A DNA stretch of 33,711 bases from Malacoraja senta (taxonomy: Eukaryota), in contig JAXLNO010000692.1 of NCBI GenBank assembly GCA_038087875.1, forward strand, positions 1 through 33,711. The letters run 5' to 3'. Of this stretch, positions 20,085-32,139 are shown piece after piece. The stretch's first letter is position 1. The number at the start of each line of letters is the position of its first letter. Both the position numbers and the translations under genes were made by a program. The notes beneath the pieces were generated by a model. That model was not told the origin of the DNA. It made no database searches and saw nothing but the letters and a program-made list of their open reading frames with translations.

Positions 20085-20361
20085 TAGCCGTCTTAATTAG
20101 AGCTCCAACCTTCCTGTTCATCGCGGTGTGTGTCTGTATCACCTTGACTTTGCACCGTGTGAATTTCACTCAGACAGCGCTCTCCCCCGCTTGCCCTGTC
20201 CCCTGCCTGTATAACGGGTTGGTGAAGGAAGCGATGTGTTTGTGTGTGTGTGTGTTCCACTCTGACAGTCGCCGTTCTAGTTGCCGGTTTTTCAGGCGAC
20301 TGTCGGCAACTTGACAGTCGCCGACAGTCGCCTGAAAAATCGCCTAAGTGGGACAGGCCCA
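20085..20361. mobile_element. PIF/Harbinger-like MITE fragment (one terminus)
   Basis: Ends in aagtgggacaggccca followed by TAA, like 11003-11021; internal gtcgcc/ggcgac repeats. Left TIR not found. Confidence 0.6.
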
Positions 20362-20364
20362 TAA

Positions 20365-20602
20365 GGAGCACCTTTTTCACTCAGGGTAGTGGTTATATGG
20401 AACGAGCTGTCAGAGACCGGTAGTTCCGGCTGGTACAATAATAACATTTAAAAGACACTCGGATAGGTACATGGAAAGAAAAGGTTTGGAGGGATGTGGG
20501 TCAAATGATGCAAATGGGACTAGTTTAGATGGAGCATCTTGGTCTGCATGGAGGAGTTGGGCCGAAGGGCCTGTTTCCGTGCTGTATGACTGTATGACTG
20601 AT
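20365..20602 (+). mobile_element. CR1 3' terminal fragment
   Basis: tttttcactcag..tggaacgagctg.cagag..catttaaaagaca..gggccgaagggcctgtttcc.tgctgtatgactgtatgact. Confidence 0.75.
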
Positions 20603-21069
20603 GTACAGGCCAGGTAGGAACACATGTGGGACTAATATTTTGATTCATGGATCAATAAATAGACAAGGAGGTACTTAAAAAGAGACCAAATCACAAAGTG
20701 CAGGATTAAATCAGCAGGTCAGGCAGCATCTCTGGAGGAAATGACACATTATTAATAATGACACAATATTACAAAGTTTGCAAACGGCATGAAAACTCTA
20801 CACAGTCATCATCCTGGGGGATAACATGCCTCGGGTGAAGGTTGGCTGGATTCTGACTCTTTTACTTCAAAGGATATCTCTTTGATATGCAGCATTCATC
20901 TTTACTGCCTACAACTGCGTGGTTTAACTTGTGTGGTGTTAGCAGTGCTGCCAGCACAGTGCATGATCTTTTTAAATCAGTTTCCATCTCCAATGCATGC
21001 AGACCGTTGACCAAGTGGGTGCCTATCCCATCGATGTGCATAGTGTAAGCTGATTTGAACATTTGCCTT

Positions 21070-21522
21070 GCTCCTCCTCCTCTCCCTCCTCCTCCCTTCC
21101 ACCCCCCCCTCTCCCCACCCTTTCTCACTCTCCTCCCCCTTCTCCCGTCTCCCCATCCTCCTCCCCTCTCCCCTCTCCCCACCCTTTCTCCCCTCTCCCC
21201 ACTCCTTTCTCCCCTCTCTCCACTCCTCCCTCCCCATGCCCTATTCCATCCGCCCCCCTCTCCTCACACGCCATTCCTTCTCCCCACCCCTCCTTCCTCG
21301 TTCCCCACCACTCCCTAACCTCCCCAACCCACTCCCTCTCCCCTTCCCCCGCCATCGCGCCTCGATTCCCTCCATCCCCACCCTAATCTACGCCGGTTCT
21401 CCCTCCTCCCTTCCCCTGCCTCGCCCCTCCCCTTCCACTCGCCCCCCTGCCTCCCACCATCACCCCCTCCCCTTCCCCTCCCTCCATCACCCCTCCTCCC
21501 TCCCTGTCCCCAAACTCCCCCG
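21070..21522. repeat. Low-complexity polypyrimidine (C/T-rich) tract
   Basis: About 450 bp of ctcccc/ctcct/cttccc units. Confidence 0.85.
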
Positions 21523-21704
21523 CTTGGATGCGTGTTGTAGCAGACCACGATAGAGAATGAGTTAACTCGCAGCTGCCAGTAAGGTTTTCATTTATCTACC
21601 AGATGGTGCATTAACAAACCCCAGCATTACAGTGTCACCCACACTGTGCATTGAGCAGCAAGATGGAACTGGCCTAATTTTCACAGTAGAAGGGCCTTTA
21701 CCTC

Positions 21705-22205
21705 ACTTACATACAACATAGAACATTACAGCACAGGGACAGGCCCTTCGGCCCACAATGTCTGTGCCGAACATGAGTCCAAGACCAACCCTTATCCATA
21801 TCCCTGCATATCCACATGCCTATCCAAAATCTCTTAGACACTGCTATCGTATCTACGTTCACCACCACCCCTAGCAGCTTGTTCCAGACACCCACCACCC
21901 TACCTTCTCCCATAACCTCTGACACCTGTACTAATCAAGAATCTGTCAATCTCCGCCTTAAAAATATCCATTGACTCAGCCTCCACAGCTGTCTATGGTA
22001 TGAATTCCACAGATTCACCACCCTCTGACTAAAGAAATTGCTCCTCATCCCCTTTCTAAAGGTACGTTTATTTATTTTGAGGCAATGGCCTCTGGTCCTA
22101 GACTCTCCCACTAGTGCAAACATATCCTCTCCATATATACTCTATCCAGGCCTTTAACTATTTGGTAAGTTTCAATGAGGTACCCTCTCATCCTTCTGAA
22201 CTCCA
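21705..22205 (-). mobile_element. CR1 3' fragments
   Basis: VGESRTRGHCLKI..RSNFFSQRVVNLWNS plus a CR1 tail at about 21705-21900. Confidence 0.75.
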
Positions 22206-22569
22206 GTTAGTACTGTGAACTTTCCAAGGGCAAAAATACTGCAAATGCTCGAAACCTGAAATAAAATCAGAAAATGTTGGTGACACTAACCTGCTGATCA
22301 TTTCCAAGATTGCATTATTCGAATGAAAATACTCTGGCTCACCATTCATCTCTCATTTCACGTTTTAGTGTGTCTGAGAGCCTCATTACGTTTGTTCTTT
22401 TAGTTTTAAGTTTTAAAGGTACAGCATTGAAAAAGGCCCTTCAGCCCACTGAGTCCACACTGACCATCAAACACCCCTTTAGACGATCAGTGTGAAGAAG
22501 GGTCCTGACCCAAAATGTCTGTCAATGTTCTTGAAGGATTTTACATACTACTATGGTTACTTATCTGTT

Positions 22570-22734
22570 TAAGAAGGAACTGCAGATGCTGGTAAATTGA
22601 AGTTCGACACAAAATGCTGGAGAAACTCAGCGGGTGAGGCAGCATCTATGGAGCTAATGAAATAGGCAACGTTTCGAGTCGAAACCCCAAACGTTGCCTA
22701 TTTCCTTCGTTCCATAGATGCTGCCTCACCCGCT
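22570..22734. mobile_element. Fold-back Penelope-derived mini element with target-site duplication
   Basis: Inverted arms 22628-22674 / 22689-22735; 15-bp flanking direct repeats ggttacttatctgtt (22555-22569) and ggttacatatctgtt (22735-22749). Confidence 0.8.
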
Positions 22735-22754
22735 GGTTACATATCTGTTGTTCA

Positions 22755-23375
22755 GTTCAATTCAGAGATACAGCATGGAAACAGGCCCTTTCGCCCACCG
22801 AGTCCGCGCCGACCTGCGTTCCCCGCACATTAATGTTATCCTACACACCCTAGAGGCAATTTTTACATTGATACCAAACTAATTAACCCACAAACCTGTA
22901 TGTCTTTGGAATGTGGGAGGAAACCGGAGCACCCGGAGAGAAGCCACACAATCATAGGGAGAATGTATAAAATCCGTACAGACAGCACCCGCAGTCAGCA
23001 TCAGGACTGGGTCTCTGACACTGTGAGGCAGCATCTCTACCGCTGCGCCACCCTGCCGCCCTTTGTGTTGTGTTGCTGCAAGTAAGAATTTCATTGTTCC
23101 GTTTCGGGACATATGACAACAAAACACTCTTGGCTCATGACTATGTTATCTCACTTTCTCATCCACTCCTTACACCTCTGGCAATTTTACAGAGGGTCAA
23201 TTAACCTGCAAACCTGCATGTCTTTGGGATGTGGGAGGAAACTGGAGCACCCGGAGGAAACCCACGTGGTGACAGGGAGAACATGCAAACTCCACACAGA
23301 CAGCATCCGAGGTCAGGATCAAACGTGGGTCTCTGGTGCTGTGAGGCAGCGGCTCTACCAGCTGCGCCACTGTGT
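22755..23375 (-). mobile_element. Two V-type SINEs (about 22755-23062 and 23140-23375)
   Basis: Conserved core and rc of the tRNA-like head in both. Confidence 0.8.
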
Positions 23376-23624
23376 CTCTGTTCACACATCTTTTACAACT
23401 GATTGGCTTGCCTTTCACTATTAAATCTAAAAATAAATGAAATGCTTAGGAATATCACCCATTGTTTAATCCATGTATAATTTGATAGGCATATTATAGG
23501 AAGCTGAGAGGAGCAAGCTCATGAAACAGATTTGTTGAAACTATAATTCTAAGGGAATGGTCTCCATTTTGACACCATGTCTCGTGTAAGGTTGTATGTG
23601 TTTCAATGGAGATCAAACCCCTGC

Positions 23625-23986
23625 ATAGTGGAGCAGCTGGTAGAGTTGTTGCCTTACAGTGCCAGAGACTCGGGTTTGATCCTGACCTCAGGTGCTGTCT
23701 GTACAGAGTTTGTACGTTCTCTCTGTGACCTCGTGGGTTCTCTCCGAGTGTTGTGTTTTCCTCCCACACAGCGTCATAGAGTAATACAGCGTGAAAACAG
23801 GACCTTCGGCCCAACTTGCCCACACCGACCAACATGTCCCATCTGCACTAGTTGTGCGAGTCCTCCATGTTCAAGACGTGCAGGTTTGTAGGTTAATTGG
23901 CTCCCTGTAAATTGTCCCGAGTGGGTGAGAAAGTGGGATAACATAGGACTACTGTGAACGGGTGATCGATGGTTAGCATGGACGTG
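23625..23986 (+). mobile_element. V-type SINE containing a CR1-tail insert (about 23770-23870); its own tail resumes at about 27395-27442 after the large CR1
   Basis: Head gtggagcagctggtagag..gggtttgatcc and core; gggtgatcgatggttagcatggacgtg, then the CR1, then gatgggccgaagggcc..tgtatctctaaact. Confidence 0.75.
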
Positions 23987-24263
23987 ATACATAGATACAT
24001 AGATAGATACATAGAAAATAGGTGCAGGAGTAGACCATTCGGCCCTTCGAGCCTGCACCGCCATTCAATATGATCATGGCTGATCATCCAACTCAGTATC
24101 CCGTACCTGCCTTCTCTCCATACCCCCTGATCCCTTTAGCCACAAGGGCCACATCTAACTCCCTCTTAAATATAGCCAATGAACTGGCCTCAACTACCCT
24201 CTGTGGCAGAGAGTTCCAGAGATTCACCACTCTCTGTGTGAAAAAGTTTTTTCTCATCTCGGT

Positions 24264-26820
24264 CTAAAAGGATTTCCCCCTTATCCTTAAGCTGTGACCC
24301 CTTGTCCTGGACTTCCCCAACATCGGGAACAATCTTCCTGCATCTAGCCTGTCCAACCCCATAAGAATTTTGTACGTTTCTATAAGATCCCCTCTCAATC
24401 TCCTAAATTCTAGCGAGTATAAGCCAAGTCTATCCAGTCTTTCTTCATATGAAAGTCCTGACATCCCAGGAATCAGGCTGATGAACCTTCTCTGCACTCC
24501 CTCTATGGCTATAATGTCCTTCCTCAGATTTGGAGACCAAAACTGTACGCAATACTCCAGGTGTGGTCTCACCAAGACCCTGTACAACTGCAGTAGAACC
24601 TCCCTGCTCCTATACTCAAATCCTTTTGCTATGAAAGCTAACATACCATTCGCTTTCTTCACTGCCTGCTGCACCTGCATGCCTACTTTCAATGACTGGT
24701 GTACCATGACACCCAGGTCTCGCTGCATCTCCCCTTTTCCTAATCGGCCACCATTTAGATAATAGTCTGCTTTCCTGTTTTTGCCACCAAAGTGGATAAC
24801 CTCACATTTATCCACATTATACTGCATCTGCCAAACATTTGCCCACTCACCCAGCCTATCCAAGTCACCTTGCAGTCTCCTAGCATCCTCCTCACAGCTA
24901 ACACTGCCCCCCCAGCTTAGTGTCATCTGCAAACTTGGAGATGTTGCCTTCAATTCCCTCATCCAGTTCATTAATATAAATTGTAAATAGCTGGGGTCCC
25001 AGCACTGAGCCTTGCGGTACCCCACTAGTCACTGCCTGCCATTGTGAAAAGGACACGTTTACTCCTACTCTTTGCTTCCTGTTTGCCAGCCAGTTCTCTA
25101 TCCACATCAATACTGAACCCCCAATACCGTGTGCTTTAAGTTTGTATACTAATCTCTTATGTGGGACCTTGTCGAAAGCCTTCTGAAAGTCCAGATACAA
25201 CACATCCACTGGTTCGCCCCTATCCACTCTACTAGTTACATCTTCAAAAAATTCTATAAGATTCGTCAGACATGATTTACCTTTCGTAAATCCATGCTGA
25301 CTTTCTCCAATGATTTCACCACTTTCCAAATGTGCTGCTATCCCATCTTTAATAACTGACTCTAGCAGTTTCCCCACTACCGATGTTAGACTAACTGGTC
25401 TGTAATTCCCCGTTTTCTCTCTCCCTCCCTTCTTAAAAAGTGGGGTTACGTTTGCTACCCTCCAATCCTCAGGAACTACTCCAGAATCTAAAGAGTTTTG
25501 AAATATTATCACTAATCCACTATTTCTGGAGCTACTTCCTTAAGTACTCTGGGATGCAGCCTATCTGGCCCTGGTGATTTATCGGCCTTTAATCTATTCA
25601 ATTTACCCAACACCACTTCCCGACTAACCTGGATTTCACTCAGTTCCTCCATCTCCTTTGACCCGCGGCCCCCTGCTATTTCCGGCAGATTATTTATGTC
25701 TTCCTTAGTGAAGACGGAACCAAAGTAGTTATTCAATTGGTCCGCCATATCCTTGTTCCCCATGATCAATTCACCTGTTTCTGACTGCAAGGGACCTACA
25801 TTTGTTTTAACTAATCTCTTTCTCCACATATCTATAAAAACTTTTGCAGTCAGTTTTTATGTTCCCTGCCAGTTTTCTTTCATAATCTATTTTCCCTTTC
25901 CTAATTAAGCCCTTTGTCCTCCTCTGCTGGTCTCTGAATTTCTCCCAGTCCTCTGGTATGCTGCTTTTACTGGCTAATTTGTACGCATCATCTTTTGCTT
26001 TGATACCATCCCTGATTTCCCTTGTTATCCACGGATGCACTACCTTCCCTGATTTATTCTTTTGCCAAACTGGGATGAACAATTTTTGTAGTTCATCCAT
26101 GCAGTCTTTAAATGCCTTCCATTGCATATCCACCGTCAACCCTTTTAGAACTAATTGCCAGTCAATCTTGGCCAATTCACGTCTCATACCCTCAAAGTTA
26201 CCTTTCTTTAAGTTCAGAACCGTTGTTTCTGAATTAACGTCACTCTCCATCCTAATGAAGAACTCAACCATATTATGGTCACTCTTGCCCAAGGGGGCAC
26301 GCACAACAAGTCTGCTAACTAACCCTTCCTCATTACTCAATACCCAGTCTAGAATAGCCTGCTCTCTCGTTGGTTCCTCTACATGTTGGTTTAGATAACT
26401 ATCCCGCATACAATCCAAGAAATCCTCTTCCTCAGGACCCCTGCCAATTTGATTCACCCAATCTATATGTAGATTGAAGTCACCCATTATAACTGTTTTG
26501 ACTTTGTTGCACGCATTTCTAATTTCCTGTTTGATGCAATCCCCAACTTCACTACTACTGCTAGGTGGCCTGTACACAACACCCACCAACGTTTTCTGCC
26601 CCTTAGTGTTTCGCAGCTTTACTCATACCGATTCCACATCCTCCAAGCTAATGTCCTTCCTTTCCACTGCGTTAATCTCCTCTCTAACCAGCAACGCTAC
26701 CCCACCTCCTTTTCCTTTCTCTCTATCCCTCCTGAATATTGAATATCCCTGGATGTTCAGCTCATCCACCTTATTACGAATGCTCCTTGCATTGAGACAC
26801 AAAGCCTTCAGGCTTGTTTT
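24264..26820 (-). pseudogene. CR1 ORF2 (AP endonuclease and reverse transcriptase), frameshifted
   Basis: Consecutive ORF-track pieces 26623.., 25807..26589, 25512..25829, 24898..25512 and 24264..25025 tile one protein across changing frames. Confidence 0.9.
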
Positions 26821-27119
26821 TACAACGCTCTTACCCCTTATACAATTATGTTGAAAAGTGGCCCTTTTTGATTTTTGCCCTGGATTTGTCTGCCTGCCAC
26901 TTTTACTTTTCACCTTGCTACCTATTGCTTCCGCCCGCATTTTACACCCCTCTGTTTCTCTGCTCACCCATTTAAGAACCCCACCACCTCTTATTCTCGG
27001 TTTATTATTGTTTTCTTCTTTCCCCCCTACATGTTGGGTCTGAGTGCTTTCCTTCTCTGCCTCCTGCCTCACACACTGTCTAATAGCTTTCTCTATTTGA
27101 GTCCCTCCCCCCAACCATT

Positions 27120-27390
27120 CTAGTTTAAAGTCTCCCCAGTAGCCTTTGCAGATCTCCCCGCCAGGATATCGGTCCCCCTCAGGTTCAAGTGCAACCCATC
27201 CTTTTTGTACAGGTCGCACCTTCCACAAAAGAGGTCCCAATGATCCAGAAATTTGAATCCCTGCCCTCTGCACCAGTCCTTCAGCCACGCATTTATCCTC
27301 CACCTCGCTCCACTCCTACTCTCACTGTCGCGTGGCATAGGCAGTAATCCCGAGATTGTTACCTTTGCTGTCCTACTCTTTAACTCCCCT
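27120..27390 (-). pseudogene. CR1 ORF1 C-terminus, SGNH/GDSL esterase-like domain
   Basis: ELKSRTAKVTISGLLP..INAWLKDWCRGQGFKFLDHWDLF..YKKDGLHLN..G, containing the DxxH motif of SGNH hydrolases. Confidence 0.8.
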
Positions 27391-27844
27391 CCGGCGATGG
27401 GCCGAAGGGCCTTCTGCATGTTGTATCTCTAAACTTTAAACTCGAAAAAGATCAATTGGTTGCTTGCCTGATGTAAGTGGCAAAAAAACTCAACCTTTCC
27501 TTTCAAAAACAGCACAAACCTTTCAGCCAAAATGGTTTCAGCTGTATCTGACAATATGCTGGATATTCTTTGCCAAAATTCGGACAGGCAACTCGAAGAA
27601 ATATAAATGACTTGCGCATTGAGAGTGTGTTCCTCTTTTAAAGAAGGAGCTGTTTGTATCGCTGGTTGCTTGGGCAACTGAAGCACCTGTTTCCTATTTC
27701 CTGACCATTTTCCATTCACCAGATGGACAATATCCCTCACTTCCTTAGTTGCAAATCCTGTAAAACAACACTGCAGATATAAAATGTGTGGAAATGATTG
27801 TTGGCGTGCTTGTAAAATAAGTCTTTATCAGTAGTTTATTGGAG

Positions 27845-28140
27845 TAGTTTAGTTTGGAGATACAACATGGAGACGGACGGGCTCTTCTGCCCACTGAGTC
27901 CACACACACTATCGATCTCCTGTTTCTACTTCCAACACATGAGGGTTAATTTTCACAATTAACCTACAAACCTGCATGTCTTTGTGGTGTGGGATGAACC
28001 TGGAGCACCCAGAGGAAACTCAAGCGGTCACAGGGAGAACATGCAAACTCCACACAGAGACAGCACCCGAGGTCAGGATCGAACCCGGTTCTCTGGCGCT
28101 GTGAGGCAGCGGCTCTACCAGCTCCACCACTGTGCCACCC
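27845..28140 (-). mobile_element. V-type SINE
   Basis: Tail, core, B-box (rc of ggatcgaacc, 28076-28085) and head. Confidence 0.8.
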
Positions 28141-28296
28141 ATTGGCATTATCGTTTCAACAAAAGAAAACGAGTCAAGTGTGTCATATATCTAATCTGTT
28201 TCATGAGCTTGCCCCTCTGGTTCCTCACTGCTAATATGCCAAAGTTAAAATTATACATACATTTTAAAATGAGACATGTTATTAAACATAGAGGGT

Positions 28297-28940
28297 CATA
28301 GTCATACAGCATGGAAACATGCCCTTCGGCCTAACTTGTCCATGCCTGCCCATGCTTTAACCCATATCCCTCTAAACCTCTCCTGTCCATGTACCTGTCC
28401 AAGTAGTTTTTAAATGATGTTATAGCACCTGCCTCAACTACCTCCTCTGACAGCTCGATCCATACATTCACCAAGTTTTGAGTGAAAAAGTTGCCACTCG
28501 GGTTTGTATTCAATATTGCCCCTCCCACTTTTAACATATGTACTCTTGTTTGTGATTCTCCTACTCTGGGTAAAAGGTTAATCATCTCTCTTGAAATTTG
28601 GACAGGTACAAGAATTGCCAATAGATAATTGCCTGCCTCAACTACCTCCTCTTGCACTTTGTTCCATATACCCACTACCCTCTGTGAAAAAGTAGCCCTT
28701 CAGGTTCCTATTAAATCTTTCTCATCTCACCTTAAACCTACGTCCTTTTGTTTTTGCTTCCCCTATCCTCTGCAAAAGACCGTGCATCCATTGCCCTCAT
28801 GATTTCAGATAACCTCTCTAAGATCACCCCTCAGTCTCCTGCACTCCAAGGAATAAAGTCCAATCTGTTCCCTATAGCTCAGGCCCTCGAGTCCTGGCAA
28901 CATCCTCGTAAATCTCTCCTGCACTCTTTCCAGCTTAACG
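28297..28940 (-). mobile_element. Two adjacent CR1 3' fragments
   Basis: LLPRVGESQTR..NFFTQ..WIELSEEVVEAG; cctgcctcaactacctcctct occurs twice (about 28428 and 28632). Confidence 0.75.
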
Positions 28941-29305
28941 ACACATCATATATTTTTTGTTATAGTGGAGAGAGGAAGTGAAGCAACATTGAAGTGGTGC
29001 AACAGAAAGCTATGCACATTGTATCTAATTTCCCAATGATCAACTGCCAATGGTTTATCTATAGCCATCAGGTAGTGATATGACTACTTGTGATAGTTGA
29101 ACACAAACACAGGCCGTTAGCTTTTGAATTAGGAACTGCAGTCTAGCATAAGTTGAGAAGATGGACTCCCTTTTACAATTCTGAGTGTGCAACGGAGATA
29201 TTTTAAGGCTGCTATCTCATTTGAAGCTATCTCATTTAAAGTAATCTAAGTAATTACTTAGTAATGTCTAAAGAAAATGAATTTACAGTATTTCTTAACT
29301 GTGAA

Positions 29306-29309
<4 letters not shown>

Positions 29310-29370
<61 letters not shown>
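29310..29370. repeat. (TA)n microsatellite
   Basis: Direct reading; one interruption. Confidence 0.95.
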
Positions 29371-29394
29371 TTAAATATTACTATATATGTTTTA

Positions 29395-29830
29395 AGAGGA
29401 TGTTGCCAGGACTCGAGGGTCTGAGTAAAATGGAAAGGTTGATTAGCCTGGAACTATTCCTTGGAGCGCAGGATAATGAGGGGTGGTCTTCTCGAGGTGT
29501 ATAAAATCAGGAGAGGAAAGATCGGATAGATGCTCAGAATCTGTTGCCCAGAGTAGGGGAATCGAGAACCAGAGGACATAGGTTTACAGTGAAGGGGGAA
29601 GGATTTAGTGGGGATCTGAGGGGTAACTTTTACACACAAAGGGCTGTTGGGTGTATGAGACGAGCTGCCCGAGGAAGTAGTTGAGGCAGGGATTATTGCA
29701 ACGTTTAAGAATAATTTAGATGCATAGGACAGTTTTGGAGGGATATAGGCCAAATGTGGGACTAATGTAGATGGGACATGTTGCTCGGTGTGGACAAGTT
29801 GGGTCAAAGGGCCTGTTTCCACACTATGAA
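29395..29830 (+). mobile_element. CR1 3' fragment
   Basis: ggatgttgccaggactcgaggg..tattccttggagcgcagga..gaaccagaggacatagg..aagggcctgtttcc. Confidence 0.8.
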
Positions 29831-30082
29831 TTTAATATATTATATTTTAAAATTCTCATCCAGGGATGACTAACTAGTGTCACAATGAGTCAAGCGTGAA
29901 AACGTCATGTGTTTTCTAAAGTATTTCTTGCTTCTAGTTATTTGGTGTAGATTGGGGAGTTTCCTCAGGGCAGATTTAAATTGTGGTGTACGCTTTTCAG
30001 TGTGGCTATCTTTGACTTAGCAGTTACATGGAGCTACAGAAAGTCAATTCAAAAAAACAATTGTTTATCTTGATCCCGTAAA

Positions 30083-30310
30083 TTAGACTTTTTAGATACA
30101 ACGTGGAAGCAGGTCCTTCGGCACACTAGGGACAATTTTCACTAGGCAATTAACCTACAAACCTCTGACTTTGGGTGGAAACCGGAGAACCCGGAAAAAA
30201 CCCACGCGGTCACAGGGAGAACGTACAAACTCTGTACAGACAGCACCCGCAGTCAGGAACGAACCCGAGTTTCTGGCACTGTAACGCAGCAACTCTACTG
30301 CTGTGCCACT
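30083..30310 (-). mobile_element. V-type SINE
   Basis: Core ggaaaccggag..aaaacccacgcggtcacagggagaacgtacaaactc and rc of head. Confidence 0.75.
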
Positions 30311-30339
30311 GACACTGAAGATAAAATATGAAGAAGCTT

Positions 30340-30748
30340 GGATAGGATAGAGAGTCAGAACCTTTTGTCGCAAGGTGGAAATGTCAAAGACTGGAGCCCA
30401 CAGTTTAAGGTGAGAGGAGCAAAGTTTAGAGTAGTGGTGGTGGAGGCAGAAACGATAGTGGTGTTTAAGAGGTTTTTGGAAAGGTACGCGGATATGCAGG
30501 GAATGGAGGGATATGGATCACGAGCAGGCAGATAACAGTTGGCCTTGACATCACGTTCGGCTCAGTCATTGTGGGCTGAAGGGCCTGAACCTGTGCTATG
30601 ATTTATGTTTTATATTCTATTTGGTCAAATTGCTGGAAATGGAGCAATATGGATCATGTGCAGGCAGAGGAGATTAGTTTGACTTGGCATCCTGTTTGGC
30701 ACAAACATTGTGGGCTGAAGGGCCTGTTCCTGTGCTGTACTATTACAT
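30340..30748 (+). mobile_element. CR1 3' fragments (tail duplicated)
   Basis: ggatagagagtcagaacc..tttaaggtgagaggagcaaag; cattgtgggctgaagggcctg..cctgtgct occurs twice. Confidence 0.7.
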
Positions 30749-30765
30749 ATTGTATGAGAAAGATA

Positions 30766-31091
30766 CAAGTCCACCACCAATTTTCCAGCAACTGCTGGAC
30801 CGGCACCTCCTGTAATCCAGACAAAATTATGAGAGCGCATTTGAAATCCCCCCTGGAACTCCCCCCGAAAATGTGGTGCATCATTGGGACTTTCTCGGTC
30901 GATCGGCAGGTCTAATTTGCCGCCTGCAGCCGGGGCTCTAGAACTCCGGCCCGGCCGGAGCCAGCGGATCTGCTCCCATTGCCGACTTCCGAAGCCGACT
31001 TTGCGGGCCGTGACCGCTGTTGATCCGGCCAAAACGAATATTGTGGCAAGGCTCTGGAACCAAGGGTGCCAGAAAACCAGCGGTGAACCTG
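30766..31091. mobile_element. pogo/Tigger-like (Tc1/mariner superfamily) MITE
   Basis: Imperfect TIRs caagtccacc..ttttccagca / tgccagaaaa..ggtgaacctg, each flanked by TA (30764-30765, 31092-31093); GC-rich interior. Confidence 0.6.
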
Positions 31092-31509
31092 TATTTCATT
31101 CTAGGTCCTGACAACACCTTTCCATTCAAAAAAGTAATTGCTTTGCGCCGCTGAATCAATTTGATACTGAATTTTCTTTTCAATCCTTTTTTTAAATTGT
31201 GGGATTTTGCAAAACGATTAGCCAAGATTGGTGAAGACTACATCAATTGGGCCTGTTCCAGTGCTGTCCACTTCCAAGTTCTTTGCTCAACGTTGAGGTT
31301 ATGCATTGTACTGGTTAAAACACTATTAAGTAATGCACCCACTTGTAGAGAGGATGTTAGTGCTGAGTTTGACAATTGGTCATTATGGCAACCTTAAAAA
31401 AAACATTTGCTTCCCTCAGCAAATAATAAAGTATGATGTAACTGAGATGTTTTAAATTATCTTGTACTCTCATCGGGTAAAGGGTGCCCACCAGCCAGTA
31501 TACATATAA

Positions 31510-31815
31510 GGACATAGAACAGTACAGCACAGGAACAGACCCTTCGGTCCATAATGTCTGTGCCCAGCATAATGCCAAGATGAACTCATCTCAGTCATAC
31601 AGAGTGGAAACAGACCATTCAGCACAACTTACTAACACTGACCAACATATCCCATCGACACTCGTCCCACCTGCCTGTGTTTGGCTCATATCCCTCTAAA
31701 CCTGCCATATCCATCCATGTACCTGTCTAAATGTTTCTTAAATGTTGTGATAGTACCTGCTTCAACTATCTCCATCGGCAGCTCTTCCATACACCCGCCA
31801 CCCTTTGTGTGAAAA
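31510..31815 (-). mobile_element. CR1 3' terminal fragments
   Basis: catagaacagtacagcacaggaacag.cccttcgg..; atatccctctaaacct..gtacctgtctaaatg..accctttgtgtgaaaa. Confidence 0.7.
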
Positions 31816-31946
31816 GTCAGCAACTCTACCCCTGTGCCGCCCTGTGTGGCAGGCCCTCACAGTAATATCATAAGGAAGCCCCTCATATGAAAGATTGCAG
31901 TGAAGGCTTTAAAAACTGATGTTTGCCGTGAGTTTTGTTTAGTTTG

Positions 31947-32058
31947 AGTCTGAAGAAGGATCCCGACCCGAAACGTCACCTGTCCACGTTCTTCAAAAAC
32001 TGAGTTACTCCAGCACTGTGTGTCTATCTTTGTTAACCGCCATCTGCAGTTCCTTGTT
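31947..32058 (+). mobile_element. Penelope-derived short repeat with hammerhead core at 31950-31977
   Basis: CTGAAGA-A-GGATCCCGACCC-GAAAC-GTC (one stem II mismatch), then ctgagttactccagca..gcatctgcagttcct. Confidence 0.7.
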
Positions 32059-32139
32059 ATTATAGTTTAGTTTAGTTTAGAGGATACAGCTAAGATTGAA
32101 TAAAAGAGATCAGCTCATCAAAGCTAATGTCCTTGTTTT

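Larger units (their letters stand above)
23987..27390 (-). mobile_element. CR1 LINE, near full length, 5'-truncated within ORF1; ORF2 broken by a few frameshifts
   Basis: ORF1 esterase segment; ORF2 endonuclease (LCLNARSIRNK, GGGVAL, VVYRPP, MGDFN, LDWVL, SDH) and RT ([25 protein letters not shown]); (atag/atac)n tail at about 23987-24013. Confidence 0.93.

Noticed and set aside
20862..21553. Pro/Ser-rich and Gly/Glu-rich ORFs
   Set aside because: Low-complexity tract translations.
31105..31133. Possible micro-exon (ctag|GTCC..AAAA|gtaatt)
   Set aside because: 29 nt would break the frame after a phase-0 exon, and it has no similarity to the expected next exon.
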